From Dehalococcoidia bacterium (GTDB lineage Bacteria > Chloroflexota > Dehalococcoidia > Plut-88900): 64,000 nt of DNA. Every line of letters starts with the position of its first letter. Within the stretch, counting starts at the first letter, position 1. Below, piece by piece: positions 48,907 through 58,719 of this stretch. Both the position numbers and the translations under genes were made by a program. Below the pieces are notes generated by a model. That model searched no databases and was not told the origin of the DNA. It worked only from the letters and a program-made list of their open reading frames with translations. The stretch spans positions 1,152,001 through 1,216,000 of the forward strand of contig CBDBLV010000005.1 of NCBI GenBank assembly GCA_965207225.1, read 5' to 3'.

Positions 48907-50241
48907 CTAGTCGTGGGCCTTGATTTCGACTACGACCCGATCCCCGGACTGGACAGCGCCGTTGGTAAAGCCGGGGCTGGTGTAGTCACCGCAGAAGTGG
49001 AGCCGGCCCACGGGCTTTTGGAGGAGGGGATAGGTCTCGGTGTGGCCCGGTTTCCAGAGAGGAATGGCGTGGCGCCAATGGGCGACGTCGGACTCGACTA
49101 CCTTGCCCCGGACCCCGGGGACCATGTCGATGAGGTCGTCAAGCAAGATTTCCGAGACCTCGCCGTCGGAGCGGGACATGAGGTCTTTGGCGACGGCGTT
49201 GCCCGTGTAGACCCTCAGGATACCCTGGCCGGTCTTGCGCTTGTATTCATCGGGGTAGGTGAAGGAGGGGTCGGTGATGGCACAGACCTTCTGGCCGGCG
49301 ACCGGGACCCGCCATACGCCCCTGCCAATCAGGTTCTCCGAAAGGTCGTTGACCAGGAAGGCGGCGGTGGTCATGGAGCCATACTCGATCTTGGCGAGGG
49401 CGTCGCGCTTCCAGTCGGGGAGGTCCTGGACGCATTCGAGGGTCAGGGGGGCCTGGGTGGCAAGGACGCAGCGTCGGGCGTGGACGGTTTCCTTCTTGCC
49501 GCCGCGGTCGTAGGTGACCTGAACCCGGTCATCGAGCTCTTTGACCTCAGTTACTTCCGCGCCGAGAAGGGCCTTGTCTCCGAGGAGCCTGTGGAGGGCG
49601 ATGGTGGCCTGGTGAGTGCCGCCTTCGACGAAATACTCTTCGGCCATGAAGAAGAAGATGACCATGAGGGCGTGGTAGGGGGTGACGGCCTCGGAGCCCA
49701 TGGTGCTGGCTGTGACGGCGAATACGTCCCAAATCTCCCGGACGGACCTGGGGGCCTTGCCGATGAACTCAGCCACTGTCTTTGAGTTCAGCTCGATGAC
49801 CTTGGGATCCGTAGGGTCGAAGTCGGCGCCGAGGAGGGACCTGTATTTGCGTCGGGTCTTCCAGATGTGCCAGGCGAACCAGACCTTGTCCCACAGGGGA
49901 ATGGGCATTTTGAGCAAAAGCCCGAGCTCGCTCGATGACGCAACCAGCTTGCCGTTTATGTACATGGGCAGCTTGGACTTAGCGATCAGGGTGCGCTTGA
50001 CGCCAATCTCGTCGACAAGGGTGGCCAACGGGCCGTCGTCACCGAGGACGACCTGGGCCCCGGCGTTGTAGACGTAGGGGCCCAGGGTGCGGGACTCGGT
50101 GCGGCCGCCGGGAATCTCCTCCTTCTCCAGCAGGAGGATGTTGCGGTCCCGAAGGCGGTAGGCGGCGGTAAGGCCGGCGAGGCCACCGCCAACGATGACA
50201 ACGTCGAGGAAAGAGTCGGGGGTGGTGAGTGAGTCGGGCAT
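48907..50241 (-). CDS. FAD-dependent amine oxidase / HemY-like oxidoreductase, copy 1
   Basis: IVGGGLAGLTAA, LEK...GGR, LHFCGDY, GAVQSG. Confidence 0.85.
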   Translation of the reverse strand: MPDSLTTPDSFLDVVIVGGGLAGLTAAYRLRDRNILLLEKEEIPGGRTESRTLGPYVYNAGAQVVLGDDGPLATLVDEIGVKRTLIAKSKLPMYINGKLVASSSELGLLLKMPIPLWDKVWFAWHIWKTRRKYRSLLGADFDPTDPKVIELNSKTVAEFIGKAPRSVREIWDVFAVTASTMGSEAVTPYHALMVIFFFMAEEYFVEGGTHQATIALHRLLGDKALLGAEVTEVKELDDRVQVTYDRGGKKETVHARRCVLATQAPLTLECVQDLPDWKRDALAKIEYGSMTTAAFLVNDLSENLIGRGVWRVPVAGQKVCAITDPSFTYPDEYKRKTGQGILRVYTGNAVAKDLMSRSDGEVSEILLDDLIDMVPGVRGKVVESDVAHWRHAIPLWKPGHTETYPLLQKPVGRLHFCGDYTSPGFTNGAVQSGDRVVVEIKAHD

Positions 50242-50244
50242 GGG

Positions 50245-51594
50245 TTAGGCGGCGGGTTCCTGCTGCAGTTCCCGGAGGACGCGCTGGGCGGAGAGGACAG
50301 CGGCTTCCAGACCTCCGCTGACTGTGTAGTCGCCGCAGTAGTGGATTCGGCCCGTGGGCTGCTTGATCCTTTCGGCGATTTCCAGGCGTCCGATGCGCCA
50401 GGGGCTGATGGCGTGGGGCCAATGCTTTATTGAGGTCTCGACGATCTTGCCAGCGATGTCGGGGAAGGCGGAGATTAGATCTTCAGTGAGGACTTCGAGG
50501 GCCTCACCGTCGGACATTTTCTGTAGCTCCTTGGACTCCTTGTCGCCGGTGTATACCCTCAGGAGCCCCTGTCCAGTGCGTTCCTTCACTTCCCTCGGGA
50601 AGGTGAAAGTAGGGTTGGTCACCGATATGATTTTCCTGCCAACGATAGGTACCCGCCATACACCCTCACCGAGGAATTTCTCCGAGTTCTCGCTGAGGAG
50701 GAACCCGGCGGAAGTCATGGATCCGAAGTCGACCTGCTCCATAACTTCCCGTTTCCACTGGGGCATGTCCTTGACGATGCCGGTGACGAGGGGTGCGGGT
50801 ATGGATATGACGCAGCGTCGGGTGGTTACGGTCTTGCGCTCACCGGAGTGGTCGTAGCTTACGCGAACGGCGCCGTTTTCGTGGACTATCTCGTCGACGG
50901 TGGCCGAAGTCTCGGTCTTGTCCTTGACGTGGTCCCAGAGGGCCCTGGTCAACTCCCAGGTGCCGCCGGTGACGTAGTACTCGTCCTCGGCAAAGTGAAG
51001 GAAGGTATTGATGGGCTGGAATGCGGCGACTTCGTCGGCGGTGGCGGTGTTGGCGCCCTTGGAAAGGGTGTCCCAGATGGCCCGGATGTCGGGGTGGTGG
51101 GCGTCCATGAAGTCTTCCAGGGTCTCGGCGCAGAGCTCCTGGGTCTTGGGATTATTGGGGTCGGGTTCCTGGTCGACCAACTCGCTGAAGCGGCTGCGGA
51201 TTCGGAGGACCTTGAGGCCCATCTTGACCTTCTCTATCAACGGGATGGGGAGGCGCCAGAGGAAGAGGGGTTCACCGAGGGAACGGGGGCGGAGGGGGGC
51301 GGTAATCAGCCTGCCCTTCATGTGCATGGGCATACGGGTCTTGTCGATGAGGGTCTTCTCTACACCGATCTCCCGGGCCAGCTTGGACGTTTCGCCTTCG
51401 TCGTTGAGGACCACCTGGGCGCCGGTGTTGTAGACATACTCGCCCATCTTGCGGGAAACGGTGCGTCCGCCGCATACGTCCTCCTTTTCCAGGACGAGGA
51501 TGTTCTTGTCCCTGAGTCGGTAGGCGGTAGCGAGGCCTGCGAGGCCCGCACCCACGATTACTGCGTCAAGGATTTGATTGTTTTCATCGGGCAT
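50245..51594 (-). CDS. FAD-dependent amine oxidase / HemY-like oxidoreductase, copy 2
   Basis: IVGAGLAGLATA, GGRT, IHYCGDY; paralog of the neighbour; ATG 51594 preferred. Confidence 0.85.
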   Translation of the reverse strand: MPDENNQILDAVIVGAGLAGLATAYRLRDKNILVLEKEDVCGGRTVSRKMGEYVYNTGAQVVLNDEGETSKLAREIGVEKTLIDKTRMPMHMKGRLITAPLRPRSLGEPLFLWRLPIPLIEKVKMGLKVLRIRSRFSELVDQEPDPNNPKTQELCAETLEDFMDAHHPDIRAIWDTLSKGANTATADEVAAFQPINTFLHFAEDEYYVTGGTWELTRALWDHVKDKTETSATVDEIVHENGAVRVSYDHSGERKTVTTRRCVISIPAPLVTGIVKDMPQWKREVMEQVDFGSMTSAGFLLSENSEKFLGEGVWRVPIVGRKIISVTNPTFTFPREVKERTGQGLLRVYTGDKESKELQKMSDGEALEVLTEDLISAFPDIAGKIVETSIKHWPHAISPWRIGRLEIAERIKQPTGRIHYCGDYTVSGGLEAAVLSAQRVLRELQQEPAA

Positions 51595-51766
51595 TTGCGG
51601 TTGTCCCTTCGGGCAGTGAGGTTGGTGGCAAGCAGAGGCTCGGGGGCCGGGGGAATGATACAACATCGGGGTGGGGGGTGTGCGATGGTGCCACGGGGCT
51701 GAGAGCAACCACTCAGCCCCACAAGGGAACCCTCACCCCCTTGGTCCCCCTCTCCCTTAGGGCCTG

Positions 51767-53035
51767 TGTATAGACCGGGGAGAAGGGTAACAGTTGTTCG
51801 GGGAGATAGGTAACACATTTCCTACTTACTTAGATCTATGGTAGCAATGGGTTGTACGGAGAAGAAGACTTTCCACGTGCCGTCTTTGGACCCGGGTCTA
51901 AGGGCGACACACTTTCTTCGGAAGGCTTTCCCCACCTTAAAGGTTCTGCCCTTGAACCATATGCGGCCGTTGATGTCGACCTTGCGCACCTGGTCATTGG
52001 TGTCGTACTCGATGGCAGGCAGGACCTCGGGGAAGGGCCGGGGGCTGGGGGTGTATCGGCTGGAGGGGGTATTGAGGTCCAGGGCATGGTGAGGACGCTG
52101 GAGGTTGTAGAAGTCTCTCCAGGTGTCGAAGCTGCCCTGGCAGTGGTGCAGGTCTGTGTAGATGCTTCCCTGGAGCAGTTCGCTCTTGAGGGACTTGTGG
52201 AAGCGTTCAAGCTTGCCGAGAGTCTGGGGGTGGTGGGGTCTGCTGTGGATCACCCTGACTCCCAGTTGCAGCAACCAGACGGTCAAGGGCGTGAAGGGAT
52301 GGTAGAGGTCGTGGCCCCAGGGGGCGCCGTTGTCTACCAGCATAGTGACGGGCATGCCGTAACGGCGGAATACAGAGGTGAGGTGGCCACGGACCGTGGG
52401 AGTCTTCTCATCTGGGCAAGCCCTTACAGCCAGGGAGAACCTGGAGTGATCATCGAGGATCGTCAGAGGGTGACATCTTCCACCACTGGACATGGGTATA
52501 TGTCCCTTGAAGTCCATCTGCCAAAGGTCGTTGGGCCGGGGGTGCTCAAAGCGGCGGTAGGGCTTGTGCTTGAGGCTCTGGGCCGGCTCTATAAGTCCAT
52601 GTCGACTGAGGATGGCTGTGACGGTGCTCTTGGCCGGTACACCGCCGTACCCTCTGTCCTTGAGCATCTTGGCCAGCACATGACCCCCCTTGGTGGGGAA
52701 CTCCCTTCGAAGGTCTATTACCAGTTGCTCCATATCGGCGCTGGTGCGGTTCGGCGAGTGATGGGGACACTTGGAAAGGTCTTCCAGACTCCCCTTACCC
52801 CCTTCCAGGTATCGTCTCAGCCACTTGTAGCCGGTCTTACGGCTGATCCCGCTGCGCAGACACAGCTCACTCATGTTCACACCCTCGGACTGGGCCAGGA
52901 CCACAAACTCTTCCCGTTGAGACATGACCGTTCCAACCTTCCATGGCATAGAAACCCTCCTCTTGCAGAATCGCTATGCCTAATGGTGTAACCTATGTCT
53001 CCGAACATGTGTAACCTATGTCCCCGGTCTATACA
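51767..53035 (-). mobile_element. IS481-family insertion sequence, 1269 bp
   Basis: TGT...ACA ends; IR TGTATAGACCGGGGA perfect for 15 bp (22/26); subterminal repeats at both ends. Confidence 0.92.
51822..52949 (-). CDS. IS481 DDE transposase
   Basis: HTH SRKTGYKWLRRY, WQMDFKG, LVDNG, GKLERFH, YNLQRPH; intact frame. Confidence 0.95.
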   Translation of the reverse strand: MPWKVGTVMSQREEFVVLAQSEGVNMSELCLRSGISRKTGYKWLRRYLEGGKGSLEDLSKCPHHSPNRTSADMEQLVIDLRREFPTKGGHVLAKMLKDRGYGGVPAKSTVTAILSRHGLIEPAQSLKHKPYRRFEHPRPNDLWQMDFKGHIPMSSGGRCHPLTILDDHSRFSLAVRACPDEKTPTVRGHLTSVFRRYGMPVTMLVDNGAPWGHDLYHPFTPLTVWLLQLGVRVIHSRPHHPQTLGKLERFHKSLKSELLQGSIYTDLHHCQGSFDTWRDFYNLQRPHHALDLNTPSSRYTPSPRPFPEVLPAIEYDTNDQVRKVDINGRIWFKGRTFKVGKAFRRKCVALRPGSKDGTWKVFFSVQPIATIDLSK

Positions 53036-53313
53036 ACGGCCCTAAGGGAGAGGGGGGAAAGAAGAACAGAGACATACCCCATGCGCTAAAGCGCATGGGG
53101 TATGTCTCTAGTTCAGTACTGGGGGGTGGGCGATGTTCACTGGCCCACACAGAATCCGTTCGACCCTTCGAGTCACCTCAGGATGAGCGGATTCTGCCCC
53201 ACCCCTACAGCTAAACTGCTAAGTGTTCCGGGAGAGCCAGGCATCAAGTTATGTAAGGGTCTCCTTAAGTGGGAGGGGACCGGACATCTCCACGCGTCCT
53301 GCAGAGTCGGGGG

Positions 53314-53730
53314 TTAACTGGGGTCGTGGTTGAGCATCCAGCTTATGCCGAACTTGTCGGTGCAGGAGCCGAAGTAGGAGCCCCAGAACATGTCCTGCTG
53401 GGGCATGGTTACGATGCCGCCCTCGGAGAGTTTGGCAAAGAGCTGATCGGCTTCCTCTCGGGTGGAGGGCATGTAGGAGATGGAGAAGTTGGTGCCCGAG
53501 ACGGGGGGAGGGCCAAAGGCGGAGGGGACGTCGCTGCCCATGAGGACGCTGCTGCCGATGCTGTAGGAGACGTGCATGACGTTGTTGCGCTCTGCCTCGG
53601 GGATGGGCATGTCCTCGGGGCCTTCGGCGAAGGTGGTGAAGATGTCGTACTCCCCGCCGAAGATGGAGCGGTAGAACTCGAAGGCCTCGCGGCAGTTGCC
53701 GTTGAAGTGGAGGTATACGTAGAGGGACAT
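53314..53730 (-). CDS. VOC family PhnB-like protein
   Basis: YLHFNGNCREAFEFY, VMH, MGSD, FWGSYFGSCTDKFGISW. Confidence 0.9.
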   Translation of the reverse strand: MSLYVYLHFNGNCREAFEFYRSIFGGEYDIFTTFAEGPEDMPIPEAERNNVMHVSYSIGSSVLMGSDVPSAFGPPPVSGTNFSISYMPSTREEADQLFAKLSEGGIVTMPQQDMFWGSYFGSCTDKFGISWMLNHDPS

Positions 53731-53932
53731 GTTTTCCTGCCTTTTGGTTTATTTCTATCACGGACACCAGGAGCACTGTGGCGCAAGTTGATTGACACCG
53801 AAGGTGTATTTTACTCAATCACACTCCATTCCCCAAACACCAATCCTGATGACCTGGGCTAATGCCCTTCGTTACTTGTACCATGAGGGATACGGGCCTA
53901 GTGGATGATATAATTGGCCATCCGGTGAAACC

Positions 53933-54220
53933 ATGCCTCTGAAGCGCGAAGAAGTTGAGCACATTGCCCGGTTGGCGCGGGTCGGGATGACGGAGGAGGA
54001 TTTGGAGATCTTCGGGGGGCAACTGTCGCACATCCTGGAGCAGTTCAACGTGCTGAGGGAGGTCGACACCGAGAATGTTCTCCCTACCTCCCACACCGTG
54101 AACCTGTCCAGCGTCTTCAGGGACGACGAGGAGCGCGCCTCCCTGGCCCAGGAAGACGTATTGGTAAACGCGCCTCGCAGGGACGACGACTTTTTCAGGG
54201 TCAAGCCGGTGCTCGGCTGA
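53933..54220 (+). CDS. gatC: Asp/Glu-tRNA amidotransferase subunit C
   Basis: EEVEHIARLAR, VDTENV.PT, NAP....FFRV. Confidence 0.93.
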   Translation: MPLKREEVEHIARLARVGMTEEDLEIFGGQLSHILEQFNVLREVDTENVLPTSHTVNLSSVFRDDEERASLAQEDVLVNAPRRDDDFFRVKPVLG

Positions 54221-54228
54221 CCCGCACC

Positions 54229-55698
54229 ATGAACGCTTCGCAACCTCTCCACGCTCTCACCATCCACGACGCATCCGAACTGCTGGCGCGCCGCCAGATC
54301 TCCTCTGTAGAGCTTACGGAGGCCGTGCTGGCCCGCATTGAGGGAGTGGATGAGAGGGTCAAGGCTTTCGTTACGGTCACTGGGGATAGGGCGATGGAAG
54401 AAGCGCGGGCGTCGGATGAGAGACGGGGTGCAAGAAGGCTCGGGCCCCTGGACGGGGTGCCGATGATGCTGAAGGACAACCTCTGCACGAACGGCATTAG
54501 AACCACGTGCTCCTCCAAAATGCTAGAGAACTTCGTGCCGCCCTATGATGCCCACGTTACGGAGCGGCTGCGGGAGTCGGGGGCGGTTATGGTGGGGAAG
54601 GGCAACCTTGACGAGTTTGCGATGGGGTCTTCGACGGAGAACTCGGCGTATTTCACGACGAGTAACCCCTGGGACCTGGGTCGGGTGCCGGGGGGGAGCA
54701 GCGGGGGAGCAACGGCTGCGGTGGCGGCGGGGGAGGCAATGTATTCGCTGGGCTCCGACACGGGCGGCAGCATCCGGCAGCCGGCGTCCTTCTGCGGGGT
54801 GGTGGGATTGAAGCCGACCTACGGGGCGGTGAGCAGGTACGGGCTGGTGGCCTTCGGGAGCTCGCTGGACCAGATAGGCCCGATTACCAAGGACGTGAAG
54901 GACAGCGCGCTGGTGATGAACGTGATTGCGGGGCACGATGCACGGGACTCGACGTCCGTACCATTTGAGCCGCCGGACTACACTGAATCCCTGGTGCCGA
55001 ACATCAAGGGGATGAGGATAGGGGTACCGAAGGAGTATTTTGTCGAGGGGATGGGGCAGGACGTGGTCGACGTTATAGGGAGAGCCATTGCCAAGCTTGA
55101 GGAGCTGGGGGCGGAGGTAGAACGCGACGTATCCTTGCTCCACACGAAGTACGCACTGGCGGTGTACTACATCATTGCTCCCTCGGAGGCGTCGGCGAAT
55201 TTGGCCCGGTACGACGGTGTGAAGTACGGGTACTCGGCGCAGGATGCGGGGAGCATGTGGGAGGCGATGGAGAAGACGCGGCAGCACGGGTTCGGGCCCG
55301 AGGTGAAGCGGCGGATAATGCTCGGGACCTATGCTCTGTCGTCGGGCTACCACGATGCTTACTACCTGAAAGCGCAGAAGGTGAGGACGTTGATACGTCG
55401 TGAGTTCGAAGAGGCGTTTGAGCGGTACGACGCCCTGGTAGCGCCGACTTGCCCGACTCCGGCCTTTGAGCTCGGGGCGAAGACCGACGACCCCGTGCAG
55501 ATGTACCTGAGCGACATTTGCACCATCCCGGCGAACATTGCTGGCATCCCTGCGATCTCGGTGCCGGCGGGGTTTTCGTTCGGGCTGCCGGTGGGGATGC
55601 AGATCATGGCCAAGGCCTTTGGGGAGCCGACCCTCTTCAGGCTGGCCTACGCCTACGAGCAGTCGATGGGGTGGCGGCACCTTCGGGCGCCGGTCTAA
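54229..55698 (+). CDS. gatA: Asp/Glu-tRNA amidotransferase subunit A
   Basis: NLDEFAMGSSTENS, PGGSSGG, GSDTGGSIRQP, EVKRRIMLGTYALS.GY.DAYY. Confidence 0.96.
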   Translation: MNASQPLHALTIHDASELLARRQISSVELTEAVLARIEGVDERVKAFVTVTGDRAMEEARASDERRGARRLGPLDGVPMMLKDNLCTNGIRTTCSSKMLENFVPPYDAHVTERLRESGAVMVGKGNLDEFAMGSSTENSAYFTTSNPWDLGRVPGGSSGGATAAVAAGEAMYSLGSDTGGSIRQPASFCGVVGLKPTYGAVSRYGLVAFGSSLDQIGPITKDVKDSALVMNVIAGHDARDSTSVPFEPPDYTESLVPNIKGMRIGVPKEYFVEGMGQDVVDVIGRAIAKLEELGAEVERDVSLLHTKYALAVYYIIAPSEASANLARYDGVKYGYSAQDAGSMWEAMEKTRQHGFGPEVKRRIMLGTYALSSGYHDAYYLKAQKVRTLIRREFEEAFERYDALVAPTCPTPAFELGAKTDDPVQMYLSDICTIPANIAGIPAISVPAGFSFGLPVGMQIMAKAFGEPTLFRLAYAYEQSMGWRHLRAPV

Positions 55699-55837
55699 GA
55701 AGGCCCGGCACTTAACCTCGCAAGTAATCTTCTTAGATTCGCCCATGCTTCGACAGGCTCAGCACAGGCAGTGTGAGTACGGTGCATTTTGCTATACTCA
55801 CAGGACTCCTCCCGAGTCTTTATTTCCTGACGACACT

Positions 55838-57379
55838 ATGGGCAATCGCGACGTTTCGGCGGCCTGGGACTATCACAACGCCACCAAGCACACTTACTGG
55901 AGCGTGCGCGGGGGTCTCGGGCTGGACTGGCCCAACCAACCCCTGCCTTTCAAGATTTACAAGGATGTAGAGAGCATTCGGCTTCCGAGAGACGGGGGCC
56001 CGATAACGGCGGGACTGCTGGAGGCGCTAGGTGCTTCCCCAGCATCTCTTGAAGGGGAGTCGGTCCCCGACCTGGGCCTGCTGGCCCGCATCCTGTATTT
56101 CTCCGCGGGCATTACGAAGAGGATGCCGTACACGGGAGGCGAGATCTTCTTCCGGGCGGCGGCCTGCACGGGTGCGCTGTATCACATCGACCTGTACCTG
56201 GTCTGCGGTGACATGCCGGGCCTGGAAGCGGGGATCTACCATTTCGGGCCGCACGACTTCGGGTTGGTGCAATTGCGGAAGGGAGACTTCCGGCGTGTGC
56301 TGGTGGAAGCATCGGGGGAGGAGCCGGCAGTGGCAGAAGCGCCGGTGACGGTTGTTCTGGCCGACACCCATTGGAGAAATGCCTGGAAATACGGGGCCCG
56401 GGCGTACCGGCACGCGTTCTGGGACTCGGGGACGCTGCTGGCGAATATGCTGGCTGCGGCGTCGGGGGCGGGAGTCCCGGCGAGGGTTGTGACTTCTTTT
56501 GTGGACGAGGAGGTGCACCGATTGCTCGGGTTGGAAGCGGAGAAGGAGTCGGTGATTGCATTGGTGCCGTTGGGTCAGGTGCCGGGTCAAGTGGTCGGGG
56601 AAACACCTCCCATCGAGCCTCTCAACCTTTCCACCGAGTCCCTTTCCCCCAAGATGATCGAGTACCCCGCGATCTACGATTTTCACAGGAGTTCTTCCCT
56701 TGAATCGGCAGAAGAGGTGAAGGACGTAAGAGATGGGACGCCGGAGAGGGAAGAAGGTGAGGAAGTGGGAGAGCTTATCGCACTGCCTCGGGATGGGGAG
56801 GGGTTGGGGGACCGGACGCTGGAGGAGACGATTGTAAGGCGGGGGTCGACGCGTGCGTTTGCGCATGAGTCGATATCCCTGGAACAGCTAGTTGTGGCGC
56901 TGGACTATTCGACTCGGGGGATTGACGCAGACTTCCTACCGTCTTGCGGTTCGTCGATCAACCGGCTTTTCCTGATAGTGAACGCAGTCGAGGGCCTCGC
57001 CCCGGGCGCGTACCTGTACCACCGAGGGCAGCATGCGCTGGAGTTGCTGAAGGAGGGAGACTTCCGTAGGGAGGCGGGATATCTGGGTCTTGAGCAGAAG
57101 ATCCCTGCCGATGCCAGCGTTAACGTCTACATGCTTGCAGACTTGAACCAAGTCCTGGGAGCGTACGGGAACCAGGGGTACCGGATGGCGGAGCTGGAAT
57201 CGGGGATAATAGGGGGCCGGTTGTACCTGGTGGCCTACGGCACGGGATTCGGGGCCAGTGGTCTGACATTCTACGACGATGAGGTAGTCGAGTTTTTCGG
57301 GCCGAGGGCGGAAGGGCTGAGCGTGATGTTCCTGGTGGCGCTGGGACGGTCTGTGAAGCGGCGGAAAGTCGGGGAATAG
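55838..57379 (+). CDS. SagB/ThcOx-like double-domain FMN nitroreductase-fold protein
   Basis: YHNATKH, RAAACTGALY, KYGARAYR, second domain RRGSTR...GLAPGAY...YRMAELESG. Confidence 0.8.
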   Translation: MGNRDVSAAWDYHNATKHTYWSVRGGLGLDWPNQPLPFKIYKDVESIRLPRDGGPITAGLLEALGASPASLEGESVPDLGLLARILYFSAGITKRMPYTGGEIFFRAAACTGALYHIDLYLVCGDMPGLEAGIYHFGPHDFGLVQLRKGDFRRVLVEASGEEPAVAEAPVTVVLADTHWRNAWKYGARAYRHAFWDSGTLLANMLAAASGAGVPARVVTSFVDEEVHRLLGLEAEKESVIALVPLGQVPGQVVGETPPIEPLNLSTESLSPKMIEYPAIYDFHRSSSLESAEEVKDVRDGTPEREEGEEVGELIALPRDGEGLGDRTLEETIVRRGSTRAFAHESISLEQLVVALDYSTRGIDADFLPSCGSSINRLFLIVNAVEGLAPGAYLYHRGQHALELLKEGDFRREAGYLGLEQKIPADASVNVYMLADLNQVLGAYGNQGYRMAELESGIIGGRLYLVAYGTGFGASGLTFYDDEVVEFFGPRAEGLSVMFLVALGRSVKRRKVGE

Positions 57380-57423
57380 TGATTTCGTATGTAGGTTGCC
57401 TTGATCAGAAGGGAGAAGGGAAG

Positions 57424-58584
57424 ATGAAACAGGCTACATGGCAGTATTGCACGCTGGAGGAATACCAGGGCAGGCTGGATGCGCTGAGGGCTCGCATGGA
57501 GGCCAAGGGCGTGGACTGCATGATGGTGCACACGCCGGAGAACCTGTGCTACCTGACGGGATATCAAACGCCCGGCTACTACTGGTACCAGACCCTCATC
57601 GTGCCCATGGACCGGGAGCCGGTCTTCATCACCAGACTCCTCGAGAACTCCAACGTGGAGCACCTTACCTGGGTGGAGGACAGCCGGCCCTACGGTGACT
57701 CGGACGACTGGGTAAAGCAGACCAAAGACACACTTGTCGATCTGGGCATGGGGTCGAAGAGGATTGGGGTGGAGATGGGCTCCTGGTTCATAACCATCTC
57801 GGACTATCAACGTCTCCAGGGGATGCTGCCGGATGCACAGTGGGTGGACTGCTCGATGATGGTGGAAGAGGGCCGGATGATCAAATCGCCGCAGGAAATC
57901 GAGTACATCACGCAGGCGGCGAGGGCCACGGAGGCGGGGGTAGTGGCCGGCATCGAGGCCTCGGCGGTGGGGGCGACGGAGAATGAGGTAGCGGCGGCAG
58001 TGTATGCGGCGCAAATCAAGGCTGGCAGCGAGTACACGGGCCTGCCGCTGTTCGTAACGGCGGGCAAGAGGTCGTTCCTGGGCCACGTGACGTGGTATCG
58101 AGAGACGATTCAGGCGGGGGACACGGTGTTCCTTGAGATATCGGGGTGCATAAACCGGTATCACGCATCGCAGATGCGGAACGTGTACCTGGGGGACCCG
58201 CCGGAGGCGTCGGTAAGGGCGACGGGTGTGATGGCCACGGCCCTGGAGGAGATGATCAAGTTCATCAAGCCGGGGGTCAGGGCGCACGACGCCCACATGG
58301 TCTGCAAGAACGTTATCGGGGACGCGGGGCTGGGGGTAGAACTCAATCACCGGGCGGGATATTCCATCGGCATAGCCTTCGCACCTGACTGGGGGGAGGG
58401 CCACATCATCAGCCTGAACGAAGGCGAGTACCGGGAATTGCGTCCCGGCATGACGTTCCACCTGATCCCGGCGGTCTTCATACCGGGCCTGACGTCGGTG
58501 GGGGTGAGCGAGACGGTGCTTGTTACGGAGTCGGGGTGCGAGCCGATAACGGGGAACGTTGAGAGGAAGCTGTTTTCGAAGTAG
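57424..58584 (+). CDS. M24-fold DoeA/EutD (ectoine hydrolase)-like protein, copy 1
   Basis: LEEYQGRL, IKSPQEIEY, HVTW, FLEISGCINRYHA, GYSIGIAFAPDWGE, PGMTFH. Confidence 0.8.
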   Translation: MKQATWQYCTLEEYQGRLDALRARMEAKGVDCMMVHTPENLCYLTGYQTPGYYWYQTLIVPMDREPVFITRLLENSNVEHLTWVEDSRPYGDSDDWVKQTKDTLVDLGMGSKRIGVEMGSWFITISDYQRLQGMLPDAQWVDCSMMVEEGRMIKSPQEIEYITQAARATEAGVVAGIEASAVGATENEVAAAVYAAQIKAGSEYTGLPLFVTAGKRSFLGHVTWYRETIQAGDTVFLEISGCINRYHASQMRNVYLGDPPEASVRATGVMATALEEMIKFIKPGVRAHDAHMVCKNVIGDAGLGVELNHRAGYSIGIAFAPDWGEGHIISLNEGEYRELRPGMTFHLIPAVFIPGLTSVGVSETVLVTESGCEPITGNVERKLFSK

Positions 58585-58719
58585 GGGGTTGAGGGTGATC
58601 CCTCACCTTAAGCCTCTGCCAAGCCTACCCCAGCCCCCCGCTCATACTTCGAGAGCCTCAGCATGAGCGGCCCCACCCAATGGATGAATGGAGTTTATGA
58701 GTTGTAGGTAAAGAAAGAG

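Noticed and set aside
53933-55698. gatB missing after gatCA
   Set aside because: Split gatCA and gatB is common; not informative
55838-57379. Azole-containing RiPP cluster
   Set aside because: No YcaO, E1-like protein or Cys/Ser/Thr-rich precursor visible
43981-58461. Long antisense ORFs (e.g. 43981-45174, 48436-49785, 51852-52991, 54523-55746, 57271-58461)
   Set aside because: Shadow frames of well-supported genes, expected in high-GC DNA; no recognisable motifs
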